A stretch of DNA of 63,848 bases, counting the filler, from Chiloscyllium plagiosum (lineage: Eukaryota): NCBI RefSeq assembly GCF_004010195.1. It is 4 parts of one record of this genome, joined end to end, with 100 filler letters (N's around TTAATTAATTAA, not from the genome) between each part and the next. Parts side by side here need not be neighbours in the genome. Positions count along the whole stretch, not along the records: positions 1 to 26,779 come from NC_057711.1; 3 more parts are not named here. One strand, 5' to 3'. Below are positions 1-12,400 of this stretch, one piece after another; position 1 is the stretch's first letter; every line of letters starts with the position of its first letter. The translations under genes and the position numbers were made by a program. The notes below the pieces were generated by a model. It saw only the letters and a program-made list of their open reading frames with translations, had not been told where the DNA came from and searched no databases.

Positions 1-725
1 GGTCTGGGAGATGATGGTTTGGTGGTGGGGGATGGGGTCATGGTCAAAGGGATGGTAGGAGGAGGTATCTGCGAGCTGGCGTTTGGCCTCAGCGGTGTAA
101 AGGTCAGTGCGCCAGACTACTACTGCGCCTCCCTTGTCAGCTGGTTTGATGGTGAGGTTGGGGTTGGAACGGAGGGAGTGGAGGGCTGCGCGTTCCGAGG
201 GTGAGAGGTTGGAGTGGGTGGGAGGGGTGTGGGAGTTCAGGTAGCGGTTAATATCGCGGCGGCAGTTTGCTATGAAGAGGTCGAGGGCAGGTAGGAGGCC
301 AGCACGGGGTGTCCAGGTGGACGGGGTGTGTTGGAGGTGGGAGAAGGGGTCGTCAGAGGGTGGGTGAGGGTCTTGATTGAAGAAGAAGGCACGGTGGCGA
401 AGGCGGCGGAAGAATTGTTCGGTGTCACTCCGTGTATTGAATTCATTGACCCGAGAACGTGTGGGAACGAAGGTGAGACCTCTGCTGAGGACTGATCTTT
501 CATCCTCAGAGAGGGGCAAGTCTGGAGGGATGGTGAACACACGGCAGGGCGGGGAGCTAGGACCTGGTGTGGGGCTGGAGCTGGATGCGGGGGCGGGGTT
601 AGGCCTGGGGCCGGGGACAGAGGTCGGCATGGGGGCGGGGTTGGACATGGTGATGGACACCGGCGGGGGGGCAGGGTTAGGCGCGGTGACGGAACTCGGC
701 CTGGGGGCGGAGTTAACTCAGGATT
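1..725 (-). mobile_element. Penelope-like element (family B), N-terminal RT region; runs off the window start
   Basis: Minus-strand translation gives PCRVFTIPPDLPLSEDERSVLSRGLTFVP...FFRRLR...LTIKPADKGGAVVVW, with the PLE-typical IKPADKGG motif and one frameshift. A GC-rich low-complexity tract lies at 560-720. Confidence 0.85.
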
Positions 726-931
726 TGACTCAGATAGTGAAGGAATGGTGGCATATTTTCAAGTCAGGATGATGAGTTGCTTGGAGGAGAACTTGGAACT
801 AGGAGAGGTGCAAAGGATTTCTGGGAGGGTGAGTGTAATGGTTTAAAAACCTTAGTTCAGGCATCGAGGCCTCCATTTGCCAAAAGGTGCGAGGGAGGAG
901 CGAAGGACTTCTGGAGAGTTTTTAAGTGGGT

Positions 932-2186
932 GAGGCATGGCTTTGTGAGGGGCAGGTCATGCCTCACAAATCTTATTGGGTCCTTTGAGGAGGTGTCAAG
1001 ATAGGTCGATGACGGTCGAGCAGTAGATATAGTGTATATGGATTTCAGCAAGGCATTTAATAGCGTTTCCCACGGTAGGCTCATTCATAAAGTCAGGAAA
1101 TATAGGATACAGAGAGATTTGGCTATCTGGATTCAGAATTGGCTGGCTGACAGAAGGCAGAGAGTGGTTGTAGATGGAAAGTATTCTGCCTGGAAAACAG
1201 CATTGAGTGGGGTCCCACAGGGCTCTGTTCTTGGGCCTCTGCTCTTTGTAGTTTTTACAAATGACTTGGATGAAGAGGTTGAGGGGTGGATTAGTAAATT
1301 TGCAGATGACACAAAGGTTGGAGGTGTCGTCGATAGTATAGAGGGCTACTGCAGGCTGCAGCGTGACATAGATAGGATGCAGAGCTGGGCTGAGAAATAG
1401 CAGATGGAGTTCAACCTGGATAAATGCGAAGTGATGCATTTTGGAAGGTCGAACTTGAATGCTGAATATAGGATTAAAGACAGGATTCTTGGCAGTGTGG
1501 AGGAACAGAGGGATCTAGGTGTGCAAGTACCTAGATCCCTCAAAGTTGCGACCCAAGTGGATAGGGTTGTTAAGAAAGCATATGGCTTTCATTAACAGTG
1601 GGATTGAGTTTAAGAGCTGCGAGGTTTTGCTGCAGTTCTACAAGTCCCTGGTGAGACCACACTTGGAATATTGTGTACAGTTCTGGTCGCCCTACTATAG
1701 GAAAGATGCGGAGGCTTTGGAGAGGGTGCAAAGAAGATTTACCAGGTTGCTGCCTGGGCTGGAGGGCTTGCCATATGAAGCTCGGACTATTCTCTCTGGA
1801 GAGAAGGAGGAAGAGAGGAGACCTGATCGAGCTGTACAAAATAATGAGAGGAATAGATAGAGTCAATAGCCAGAGACTTTTTCCCAGGGCAGGATTGACT
1901 GGTACGATAAGTCACAGATTGAAGATTTTAGGAGGAAGGTATAAAGGAGACATCAGAGGTAGGTTCTTTACACAGAGAGTTGTGAATGCATGGAATACTT
2001 TGCCAGCTGAGGTGGTTGAAGTGAAGTCATTGGGGACATTTAAGCGACTGCTGGACATGCACATGGATAACAGTGAGTTGAGGGGTGGTTAGGTTAAGTT
2101 ACTATATTTTATATTAGGATTAAGTCTCGGCACAACATTGTGGGCCTAAGAGCCTGTTCTGTGCTGTACTTTTCTATGTTCTATGA
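932..2186 (+). mobile_element. CR1/HER1 LINE, 5'-truncated ORF2 (RT) plus 3' tail
   Basis: HGFVRGRSCLTNL, YMDFSKAF, SGVPQGSVLGPLLF, KFADDTK, RPHLEYCVQFWSP and FFTQRVVNAWN motifs. Stops and frameshifts are present, and it ends in a TTCTATG-type tail. Confidence 0.95.
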
Positions 2187-2265
2187 GAATGGGATAGAAT
2201 CTTTGCAGGACGTAGGGTGTGAAACTGCCACTTCATTTTACAAATAAGGCTGATATACTGACAAA

Positions 2266-2445
2266 GGCGAAAGCGAGGACTGCAGATGCTGGAGATTAAA
2301 GTCGAGAGTGGAGTGCTGGAAAAGCCCTTCGTCAGGAATAAGGCCTCATTCCTGATGAAGCGCTTTTGCCCGAAATGTCGATTCTCCTGCTCCTCGGATG
2401 CTGTCTGACCTACTGTGCTTTTCCAGCACTACACTCTCGACTCTA
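2266..2445. mobile_element. Short PLE family B insertion: inverted terminal-repeat pair with a decayed HHR
   Basis: Head-to-head copies of the family B terminal repeat with CTGATGA...GAAA at 2352-2375. Flanked by the 13-bp direct repeat ATATACTGACAAA (2253-2265, 2446-2458). Confidence 0.85.
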
Positions 2446-2959
2446 ATATACTGACAAATGCTGCTTCTCTTTTAAAGAGAAATGACTAATGCTTTATATC
2501 ATATAATATATAACATTAATGGTAGGAGTAAAATCTTTATTCAGTCTATACACAATAACCTTGCATACTTGTTTTTTGATCATGTACAGCACAAATAATG
2601 CCTGCTCTGAAAGCAAGTGGCACTACTATTCATTTTCAAATAAGCATTTCCAATAAAAACGAGAAGTTTCAAAAGCAAAGCACTTCACAATGAAGGTGGC
2701 AGTGCTAATATTTTGCATACTACATGCACAAAAAACCTGTAATCAGGCATCATAGCAATAGTTTGGGAATTAAATAGCTTCACTTCAAACTTAATGCATT
2801 GACTAGATTCAGAAATAAATTTTACTTCTCTCTATTCATCTGTGTTGAGAGTAGAGTTTATTGTCCTTTTTCATTCAGGATTTATGTTTTGGTACAGAAA
2901 ACTAAAATTACACAGAAACGTACAAACTTGGAGCAGATGTGGACCATTCAGCCAATCAT

Positions 2960-3480
2960 TCCCTACTCCATAATTCAATAAAAGCATGGCTGAATAGATT
3001 TTTCAAATCCACAATCCCTGCTATACGTGTTATCCTTATCCCTTGCTTAATAAGGACTCTGCTTCTAGCACCTTTTCAAGACTGCAAGCTTTAAAGAATC
3101 ACAATCCTGAGAGAAAAAAAATGTTGCTTCACCTCATATTTTAAAATAATGAACACTACTTCTAGATTCTCTCATAGGAGGACATACCGTGTCTGCATTT
3201 ACCATGTCAAGCCCTCACAATATTTTAAATGTATCAATCAACATACCTAAACTTCTAAACATCAGTAGACACAGCCAGCTTGCCCTACCTTTCTTCATAA
3301 ATTTCCCCCATTCCAAGTATTAGAACAATAAGTATTCTCTGAACTATTTCCAATGTATTTATATTTTTCCTTTAAATAAGAATCATTACTGCACACAGTT
3401 CTCCAGATATAGTCTCACCAATCTCCTGCAGAACAGAAACATAACATTTCCACTTTTGTATTTCATTCCCCTTGCCAGTG
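2960..3480 (-). mobile_element. Old, diverged CR1 3' remnant
   Basis: Weak resemblance to the reverse complement of the CR1 ORF2 C-terminus and 3' UTR. Confidence 0.5.
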
Positions 3481-3549
3481 AAGAGATAGTGCCTAAATAT
3501 TGGCGATTCCTATGATCCTAAGATCCTCCCCTTCCTTAGATTTCCTTAT

Positions 3550-6500
3550 TTAGAGTCATAGAGATGTACAGCATGGAAACAGACCCTTCGGTCCAACCCG
3601 TCCATGCCAATCAGATATCCCAACCCAATCTAGTCCCACCTGCCAGCACCCGGCCTATATCCCTCCAAACCCTTCCTATTCATATACCCACCCAAATGCC
3701 TCTTAAATGTTGCAATTGTACCAGCCTCCACCACTTCCTCTGGCAGTTCATTTCATACCCATACCACCCTCTGCGTGAAAAGGTTGCCCCTTAGGTCTCT
3801 TTTATATCTTTCCCCTCTCACCCTAAACCTACGCCGTCTAGTTCGGGACTCCCCCATGCCAGGGAAAAGACTTCGCCTATTTACCCTATCCATGCCCCTC
3901 ATAATTTTGTAACCTCTATAAGGTCACCCCTCAGCCTCCGACACTCCAGGGAAAACAGCAGCAGACTGCTCAGCCTCCCCCTCCTCGAACCCTCAAATCC
4001 TCCAACCCTGGCAACATCCTTGTAAATCTTTTCTGAACCCTTTCAAGTTTCACAACGTCTTTCCAATAGGAAGGAGACCAGAATTGCACACAATATTCCA
4101 GCAGTGGCCTAACCAATGTCCTGTACAGCCGCAACATGACCTCCCAACTCCTGTACTCAATACTTTGACCAATAAAGAAAAGCATACCAAAGGCCTTCTT
4201 CACGATCCTATCTAGCTGCGACTCCACTTTCAAGGAGCTATGAACCTGTACTCCAAGATCTCTTTGTTCAGCAACACTCCCTTGGACCTTACCATTGAGT
4301 GTATAAGTCCTGCTAAGATTTGCTTTCTCAAAATACAGCACCTTGCATTAATCTGAATTAAACTCTATCTGCCATTTCTCAGCCCATTTGCCCATCTGGT
4401 CAAGATCCTGTTGTAATCTGAGGTAACCCTCTTTGCTGTCCACTACACCTCCAATTTTGGTGTCATCTGCAAACTTACTAACTGTACCTCTTATGCTTGC
4501 ATCCAAATCATTTATGTAAGTGACAAAACGTAGAGGACCCATCACCGATCCTTGTGACACTCCACTGGTCACAGCCTCCAGTCTGAAAAACAACTCTCCA
4601 CCACTATCCTCTGTCTTCTACCTTTGAGCCAGTTCTGTATCCAAATGGCTGTACTCCATGAGATCTAACCTTGCTAATCAGTCTCCCATGGGGAATCTTG
4701 TCAAACGCCTTACTGAAATCTATATAGATCACATCTACCACTCTGCCGTCATCAATTGTTACTTCTTCAAAAAACTCAATCAAGTTTGTGAGACATGATT
4801 TCCCACGCACATAGCCATGTTGACTATTCCTAATCAGTCTTCGCCTTTCCAAATACATGTACATCCTATCCCTCAGGATTCCCTCCAACAACTTGCCCAC
4901 CACCCAGGTCAGGCTCACTGTATTTCCCTGGCTTGTCTTTACCACCCTTCTTAAACAGTGGCACCACATTAGCCAACCTCCAGTCTTCCAGCAGCTCACA
5001 TGTGACTATCGATGATACAAATATCTCAGCAAGAGGCCCAGCAATCACATCTCTAGCTTCCCACAGAATTCTCAGGTACACCTGATGAGGTCCTGGGGAT
5101 TTATCCACCTTTGCCCATTGCAAGACATCTAGCACTTCTTCCTCTGTAATCTGGACATTTTGCAAGATGTCACCATCTATTTCCCTACAGTCTATATCTT
5201 CCATATCCTTTTCCACAGTAAATACTGCTGCAAAATATTCATTTAGTAACTCCCCCATTTTCTGCGGCTCCACACAAAGGCCGCCTTGCTGATCTTTGAG
5301 GGTACCCTTTTGTTCTTAATGTATTTGTAAAATAGATTACAAATGTATTTTGTAATGCTCTACGTTGGAGAAACCAAATGCAGACTGGGTGATCCCTTTG
5401 CAGAAAACCTCTAGTCTGTGTGCAAACATAATTCTATTTGCCAAAGCTATCTCATGTACCATTTTTGCCCTCCTGATTTCCCACTTAAGTATACTCCACT
5501 TGATCTATCCTATCTATACCTTTACATATGATTCCTTCTTTTTCTTAACCAAACCCTCAATTTCTTTAGTCATCCAGCATTCCCTATATCTATCAGCCTT
5601 GCCTTTCACCCTGACAGGAATATACTTTCTCTGGATTCTCGTTATCTCATTTCTGAAGGTTTCCCATTTTCCAGCCGTCCCTTTACCTGTGAACATCTGC
5701 CCCCAATCAGCTTTCGAAAGTTCTTGGCTAATACTGTCAAAATTGGCCTTTCTCCAATTTAGAACTTCAACTTTTAGATCTGGTCTATCATTTTCCATCA
5801 CTATTTTAAAACTAACAAAAATTACGGTCGCTGGCCCCAAAGTGCTCCCCCACCTGCCTTGCCTTATTTTCCAAGAATAGATCAAGTTTTGCACCTTCTC
5901 TTGTAGGTACATCCACACACTGAATCAGAAAGATTTCTTGTACACACTTAACAAATTCCTCTCCATCTAAGCCCTTAACACTATGGCAGTCCCAGTCTAT
6001 GTTTGGAAAGTTGAAATCTCCAACCTTAACCACCCTATTATTAGATTAGATTAGATTACATTACAGTGTGGAAACAGGCCCTTCAGCCCAACAAGTCCAC
6101 ACCGACCCGCCGAAGCGTAACCCACCCATGCCCCTACATTTACCCCTTACCTAACACTATGGGCAATTTAGCATGGCCAATTCATCTGACCTGCACATCT
6201 TTGGACTGTGGGAGGAAACCGGAGCACCCGGAGGAAACCCACACAGACACGGGGAGAACGTTCAAACTCCCCGCAGTCAGTCGCCTGAGGCAGGAATTGA
6301 ACCTGGGTCTCTGGCGCTGTGAGGCAGCAGTGCTAACCATTGTCCCACCGTGCCGCCCACTTATTCTTACAGATAACTGTGATCTCCTTACAAATTTGTT
6401 TCTCAATTTCCCTCTGACTATTAGGGGGTCTATAATACAATCCCAATAAGGTGATCATCCCTTTCTTATTTCTCAGTTCGACCCAAATAACTTCCCTAGA

Positions 6501-7745
6501 TGTATTTCCGGGAATATTCTCCCTCAGCACAGCTGTAATGCAATCCCTTATCAAAAATGCCACTCCCCGTCCTCTCTTGCTTCCCTTTCTATCCTTCCTG
6601 TAGCATTTATATCCTGGAACATTAAGCTGCCAGTCCTGCCCATCCCTTAGCCATGTTTCTGTAATTGATTTGATATCCTAGTCCCATGTTCCTAACCATA
6701 CCCTGAGTTCATTTGCCTTCGCTGTTAGGCTCCTTGCATTGAAATAAATGCAGTTAAATGTATTAGTCCTACCTTGACCCGTTTCTGTTCTCAATTTTAC
6801 CAGTCTCAGATCGATCTCTTTCCTCACTATCTCCCTGGGTCCCCCCCCCCCCCTTGCTAGTTTAAATCCTCCCAAGCAGTTCTAGCAAATTTCCCTGCCA
6901 GTATATCGTCCCCTTCCAATTTAGGTGCAATCCGTCCTTCTTGTACAGGTCACTTCTACCCCAAAAGAGATTCCAATGATCCAAAAATGTGAATCCTTCT
7001 CCCATACACCTCAGCCATGCATTCATCTGCTCTATCCTCCTATTTCTGCCCTCACTAGCTCGCAGCACTGGGAGTAATCTAGATATTACTACCCTTGAGG
7101 ACCTCATTTTTAAATTTCTACCTAACTCTGTAATCTCCCTTCAGAATCTCAACCTTTTCCCTTCCTATATCCCTTCCTATATCGTTGGTTCCAATGTGGA
7201 CAATGACCTCTTGCTGGCCCCTCTCTCCCGTGAGAATATTTTGTACCTCACTGAGACATCCTTGATCCTGGCACCAGGGAAGCAGCACACCATTCTGCTT
7301 TTTCGCTGATGGCCACGGAAATGTCTGTCTGTACCTCGGACTACAGAATCCCCTAACACAATTGGTCTCTTGGAAGCTGACGTACCCCTCGTTGCATTGG
7401 AGCCAGTCTCAACACCAGAAACTTGGCTGTTCGTGCTACGTTCCCCTGAGAATCCATCACCCCCTACATTTTATAAAATAGCATACCTGTTTGAAATTGG
7501 TGTATCCACAAAAGGCTCCTGCACTAGGTGCCTACCTCTCTTACCTTTCCTGGAGTTAACCCATCTATGTGACTGTATCTGAAACTTTCCCCCCCTTCCT
7601 ATAACTGCCATCCATCACATACTGTTGCTGTTGCAAATTCCTCATTGCTTCTAACTGTCTCTCCAACCAATCCATTTGATCTGATAAGATTCGCATCCAA
7701 TAGCATTCAGGGCAGATATAATCCACAGTAACCCTTAAACCCTCT
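3550..7745 (-). mobile_element. Near full-length CR1/HER1 LINE (ORF1 esterase plus ORF2 APE-RT), decayed
   Basis: ORF1 SGNH/GDSL-like motifs LGDSVVRGTD and DGLHLN (~6860-7400). ORF2 endonuclease motifs GLYYRPPNS and VGDFNFPNIDW; RT motifs DFSKAFDK, QGSVMGP and FADDTK; 3' tail at ~3550. Confidence 0.95.
6042..6359 (-). mobile_element. HE1-like V-SINE nested in CR1
   Basis: tRNA-like head (TGGTTAGCACTG...GGTTCAATTCC), V-domain GTGGGTTTCCTCCGGGTGCTCCGGTTTCCTCCCAC, and a LINE-like tail with (TCTAA)n. Confidence 0.93.
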
Positions 7746-7749
7746 TCTT

Positions 7750-8370
7750 GGAGATGTACAGCATGGAAACAAACTCTTCAGTCCAACTCATCCATACAGA
7801 CCAAATATCCTAACCTCATCTATTCCCACTTGCCAGCACTTGGCTCACATCCTTCTAAACCCTTCCTATTCATATATCCAGCCAGATGCTTTTTAAATAT
7901 TGTAATTGTATCAGCCTCCATTGCTTCCTCTGGCAGCTTATTGTATACATGCACCACTCTTTGCCCCTTAGGTCCCTTTCAAATTTTTTTCCTCTCACCC
8001 TAAATCTAGGCCCTCTAGTCCTGGATTCCTCCACCCCAGGGAAAAGACTTTGTCTATTTATCCTATCCATGCCCTTCATGATTTTATAAACCTCAATAAG
8101 GTCACATCTTAGCCTCTAACACTCCAGGGAAAACAGCCCCAGTCTATTCAGCCTCTTCCTATAGCTCAAATCCTCCAACTCTGGCAACGTCCTTGTAAAT
8201 CTTTTCTGAATCCTTGCAAGTTTCACAACATCCTTCTGATAAAAAGGAGACCAGAACTGCATACAACATTCCAAAAGTGGCCTAACCAATGTCCTGTACA
8301 GCCACAACATGACCTTTCAACTCCTGTACTCAATACTCTGACCAATAAAGGGAAGTATACCAAACGCTGC
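7750..8370 (-). mobile_element. CR1 3' fragment
   Basis: LYRTLVRPLLECCMQFWSP and GMDRINRQSLFPGV motifs plus 3' UTR. Confidence 0.9.
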
Positions 8371-8374
8371 TTCT

Positions 8375-9215
8375 GGGGTGTTACTTTTAGTCAAAACAGG
8401 ATATGTAAAAGGACAAGAGGTCCTTTGGTCAAAGATAGTATCATTGCCATTGAAAAAGATGCAATTCCTGAATGAGAATCTAAATCATCGGAGGTGAGAA
8501 ACAGAAAGGAAACAGTGACTTTGTTGGGCTTTTTTTTGCAGACGTGCAAATAGTGGGGAGAAAGTTGAAGAGAGCATTTGTAGGCTGATTCTTGAAATCT
8601 GCAGGACAAGGTAGAGTGGTGGGCATGGAGGGGAGAAATTACTGCAATGTGTGCAGAAGAACCTTCTGGAACAGTATATTTCCAGTGCTACCAGGAAGAG
8701 TGCTGTACTGGATCTGTCTCTCGGACATGAGGCATGACAAGTGAAGAATGTTGGAATAAGGGAATATTTGGGAAACAGTGATCATAACATAATAAACATC
8801 CATATTAAGTTGGAAAAGGATAAAAAGGTACCAGGATCTGGGGAAAGGGTGGTTGATTTTTAGGATTTCATTGTTGAGCTGAAGCACATGGATTGGAAAC
8901 GCACTTTGATTGATAAAACAGTGGACGAAAAGTTAGAGAATTTCAAAAGAGAGATGAATGGGATGCAAGCAAGGCATATACCCATGAACAAAAAGGGATA
9001 TCGAAAACTAGAGTAGACTGGATAACCAAGGGTATTGATGAGAAAATAATGGAGAAAAAAAGGACGCATATGATGCATTCTAGAATAATAACAGAGATAG
9101 AAATCAGGAAGTGTATCTCAAATACATAAGAGAAGCTAAGACTAGAAGAAGAGAGGCTAAAAGGAAGCATGAAGTAAGCATGCCAGGTTACACTGGAGGA
9201 ATCTGGGTAATCCAA
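8375..9215 (+). mobile_element. Old CR1 ORF2 endonuclease/linker remnant
   Basis: Diverged similarity to the CR1 APE region (e.g. GGAAACAGTGATCATAAC = GNSDHN) and the downstream WIT..I linker. Confidence 0.6.
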
Positions 9216-10713
9216 GATGGAGGATGGGAAAAATTTCTGGCTGTAACAGGCTGCTCCTTTTTTGAGATATTTTGGGTGTTGTAAGTGGTTTCCTTGAATT
9301 CCAGGAGCAGCAATTACTGTTTTATATGCTATTGCATTGTTTTGTAACTTCAGAGAAAAAAAAAGTCAAAACAACAGCACATTTAAAAGGGAGAGGAACA
9401 CACAAAGGAAGCACATGGTGAGGTCAGTGCAGGAGAAAGAGAGAAAAAGAAACTCACACTGCTAACTGACACACAGTGAACCTACACAGTTACTGCCTTT
9501 GCTATTTGAATTCATGTATCGCTGAACATCGGAGTGCACGTGGGAAAATAAATGAACAGTGAAATTCACAACTGATCTTGGAGGAATTTGTTTGGGAGAG
9601 GTCACAGCACAGAAACAGATAAGTGAATATGAGTGTGAATTATTTCTTGATTATATGTTATATTGAGATATGTCTCTTAATTAAACTTAAAAATATAAAC
9701 CATAAGTATTAATTTAACCTGGAGCAGTGTTTTAGAGAAATAAGACAGTGCTATTTTCTGGATCTGTAGATTGTGAGAAGCAAAAGTGGCCTTTACGAGA
9801 GTGATATGCTCTTCTTGTTGGATATGGGAGTTTAGGGAGAGTTTCCATGTTACTGAGGATTATACGTACAATAAATGCACGTTGTGAATTCGATCAGATC
9901 GAATGGCTCAGTTGGATAGACAGTTAGAGGAAATGAGGAACTTACAAGAGCAAGGGGGAGTGATGGATGGCAGTTATAGGAAGGGAGAAAAGTCGCAGAT
10001 ACAATCACATAGATGGATTAACTCCAGGAAAGGTAAGAGAGGTATGCAGGTAATGCAGGCATCTTCTGCGGCTATCCCCATTTCAAACAAGTATGCTGTT
10101 TTGGAAAATATAGGGGGTGATGGATTCTCAGGGGAATGTAGCATGAACAGCCAGGTTTCTGGTTGAGACTGGCTCTATTTCAATGAGGGGTATGTCGGGT
10201 TCCAAGAGATCGATTATCTGAGGGGACTGTCCAGTCCGAGGTACAGACAAACATTTCTGTGGCCAGCAGCAAAAAATTAGAATGGTGTGCTGCTTCCCAG
10301 GTGCCAGGATTAAGGTCTCTCAAAGAGGGTGCAGAATGTTCCCAAGGGGGAGAAGATCCAGCAGGAGGTCATTGTACATGTTGGAATCACTGACATAGGA
10401 AGGGAAAAGGTTGAGATTCTGAAGGGAGATTACGGTAATTAGGCAGAAATTTAAAAAGGAGGTCCTCGAGAGTAGTAATATCTGGATTACTGCTGGTGCT
10501 ACGAGCTAGTGAGGGCAGGAATAGGAGGATAGAGCAGATGAATGCATGGCTGAGGAGCTGGTGTATGGGAGAAAGATTCATATTTTTGGATCATTGCAAT
10601 CTCTTTTGGGTAGAAGTGACCTGTAGAAGAAGGACAGATTGCATCTAAATTGGAAGGGGACTAATATACTGGCAGGGAAATTTGCTAGAGCTGCTTGGGA
10701 GGATTTAAACTAC

Positions 10714-11028
10714 TAGATTAGATTCCTGACAGTATGGAAACAGGCCCTTCAGCCAAAGAAGTCCACACCGACCCGCCAAAGTGTAACCCACACAGACCAA
10801 TTCCCCTACTCTATATTTAACCTGACTATGGGTAATTTAGCACGGCCAATTCATCAAACCTGCACATCTTTGGACTGTGGGAGGAGACCAGAGCACCCGG
10901 AGGAAACCCACGCAGACATGGGGAGAATGTGCAAACTCCACACAGACAGTCGCCCGAGACAGGAATCGAACCCAGGTCACTAGCGCTGAGAGGCAGCGGT
11001 GCTAACTACTGAGCCACCATGCCGCCCC
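10714..11028 (-). mobile_element. HE1-like V-SINE
   Basis: tRNA head, V-domain and LINE-like tail, as at 6042-6359. Confidence 0.92.
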
Positions 11029-11069
11029 CAAAGGTGGGGGGGGGGGGGTGAAGATGGTACCCAGGGAGA

Positions 11070-11372
11070 TTAGATTAGATTACTTACAGCGTGGAAACAG
11101 GCCCTTCGGCCCAACAAGTCCACACCGACTCGCCGAAGCGCAACCCACCCATACCTCTACATTTACCCCTTTTAACCTAACACTACGGGCAATTTAGCAT
11201 GGCCAATTCACCTAACCCGCACATCTTTTTGACTGTGGGAGGAAACCGGAGCACCCAGAGGAAACCCACGCAGACATGGGGAGAATGTGCAAACTCCACA
11301 CAGTCGCCTGAGTCGGGAATTGAACCCGGGTCTCTGGCGCTGTGAGGCAGCAGTGCTAACCACTGTGCCACA
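11070..11372 (-). mobile_element. HE1-like V-SINE
   Basis: tRNA head, V-domain and (TCTAA)n tail. Confidence 0.92.
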
Positions 11373-12320
11373 GTGAGGAAAGAGATTAATCTGAAACTGG
11401 TAGAATTGAGAAAAGTAGTAAGTCATATAGGGCAGGCAGGGACAAAGCAGAGAACAAGGCAGGACTGATAAATTAAACTGCATTTATTTTAATGCAAGAT
11501 GCCTAACAGGGAAGGCAGATGAACTCAGGGCATGGTTAGGAACATGGGACCGGATATCATAGCAATTACAGAAACATGGCTCAGGGCTGGACAGGATTGG
11601 CAGCTTAATGTTCCAGGATACAAATGCTACAGAAAGAACAGAAAGAGAGGCAAGAAAGGAGGGGAAGTGGTGTTTTTGATAAGGGATAGCATTACAGCTG
11701 TACTGAAGGAGGATATTCCTGGGAAGTTATTTGTGTGGAACTGGGAAATAAGAAAGGGATGATCACCTTATTGGGATTGTATTATAGACCCCCTAATAGT
11801 CAGAGGGAAATTGAGAAACAGATTTGTAAGGAGATCTCAGTTATCTGTAAGAATTATAGGGTGGTTAAAGTCAGAGATTTCAACTTTCCAAACATAGACT
11901 GGGACTGCCATAGTGTTAAGGGCTTAGATGAGAGGAATCTGTTAAGTGTGTACAAGAAACTTTTCTGATTCAGTGTGTGGATGTACCTAGAAGGTGCAAA
12001 ACTTGACCTATTCTTGGAAAATAAGGCAGGGTAGGTGACTGAGGTGTCAGTGGGGGAGCACTTTGGGCCAGCGACCACAATTCTATTAGTTCTAAAATAG
12101 TGATGGAAAAAGATGGACCAGATCTAAAAGTTGAAGTTTTAAATTGGAGAAAGGTCAATGTTGACAGCATTAGGCAAGAACTTTCGAAAGCTGATTGGGG
12201 GCAGATGTTCACAGGTAAACGTACGGCTGGAAAATGGGAAGCCTTCAGAGACAACGAGAGTTCAGAGACAGTATATTTCTGTTAGGGTGAAAGAAAGCTG
12301 ACAGGTGTAGGGAATGCTGG

Positions 12321-12400
12321 ATAGAACATAGAACAATAGAGCAATACAGCACAGAACAGGCCCTTCGGCCCACGATGTTGTGCCGAACATTTGTTCTAGC
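12321..12400 (-). mobile_element. Very short CR1 3'-tail insertion within CR1
   Basis: ATAGAACATAGAAC...CAGCACAGAACAGGCCCTTCGGCCCACGATGTTGTGCCGA is the reverse complement of the tail at 2128-2186. It interrupts the host ECW|MTKEIE reading. Confidence 0.8.

Noticed and set aside
377..772. Gly/Leu-rich 131-aa ORF
   Set aside because: It is an antisense read-through of the PLE ORF and its GC-rich low-complexity tract.
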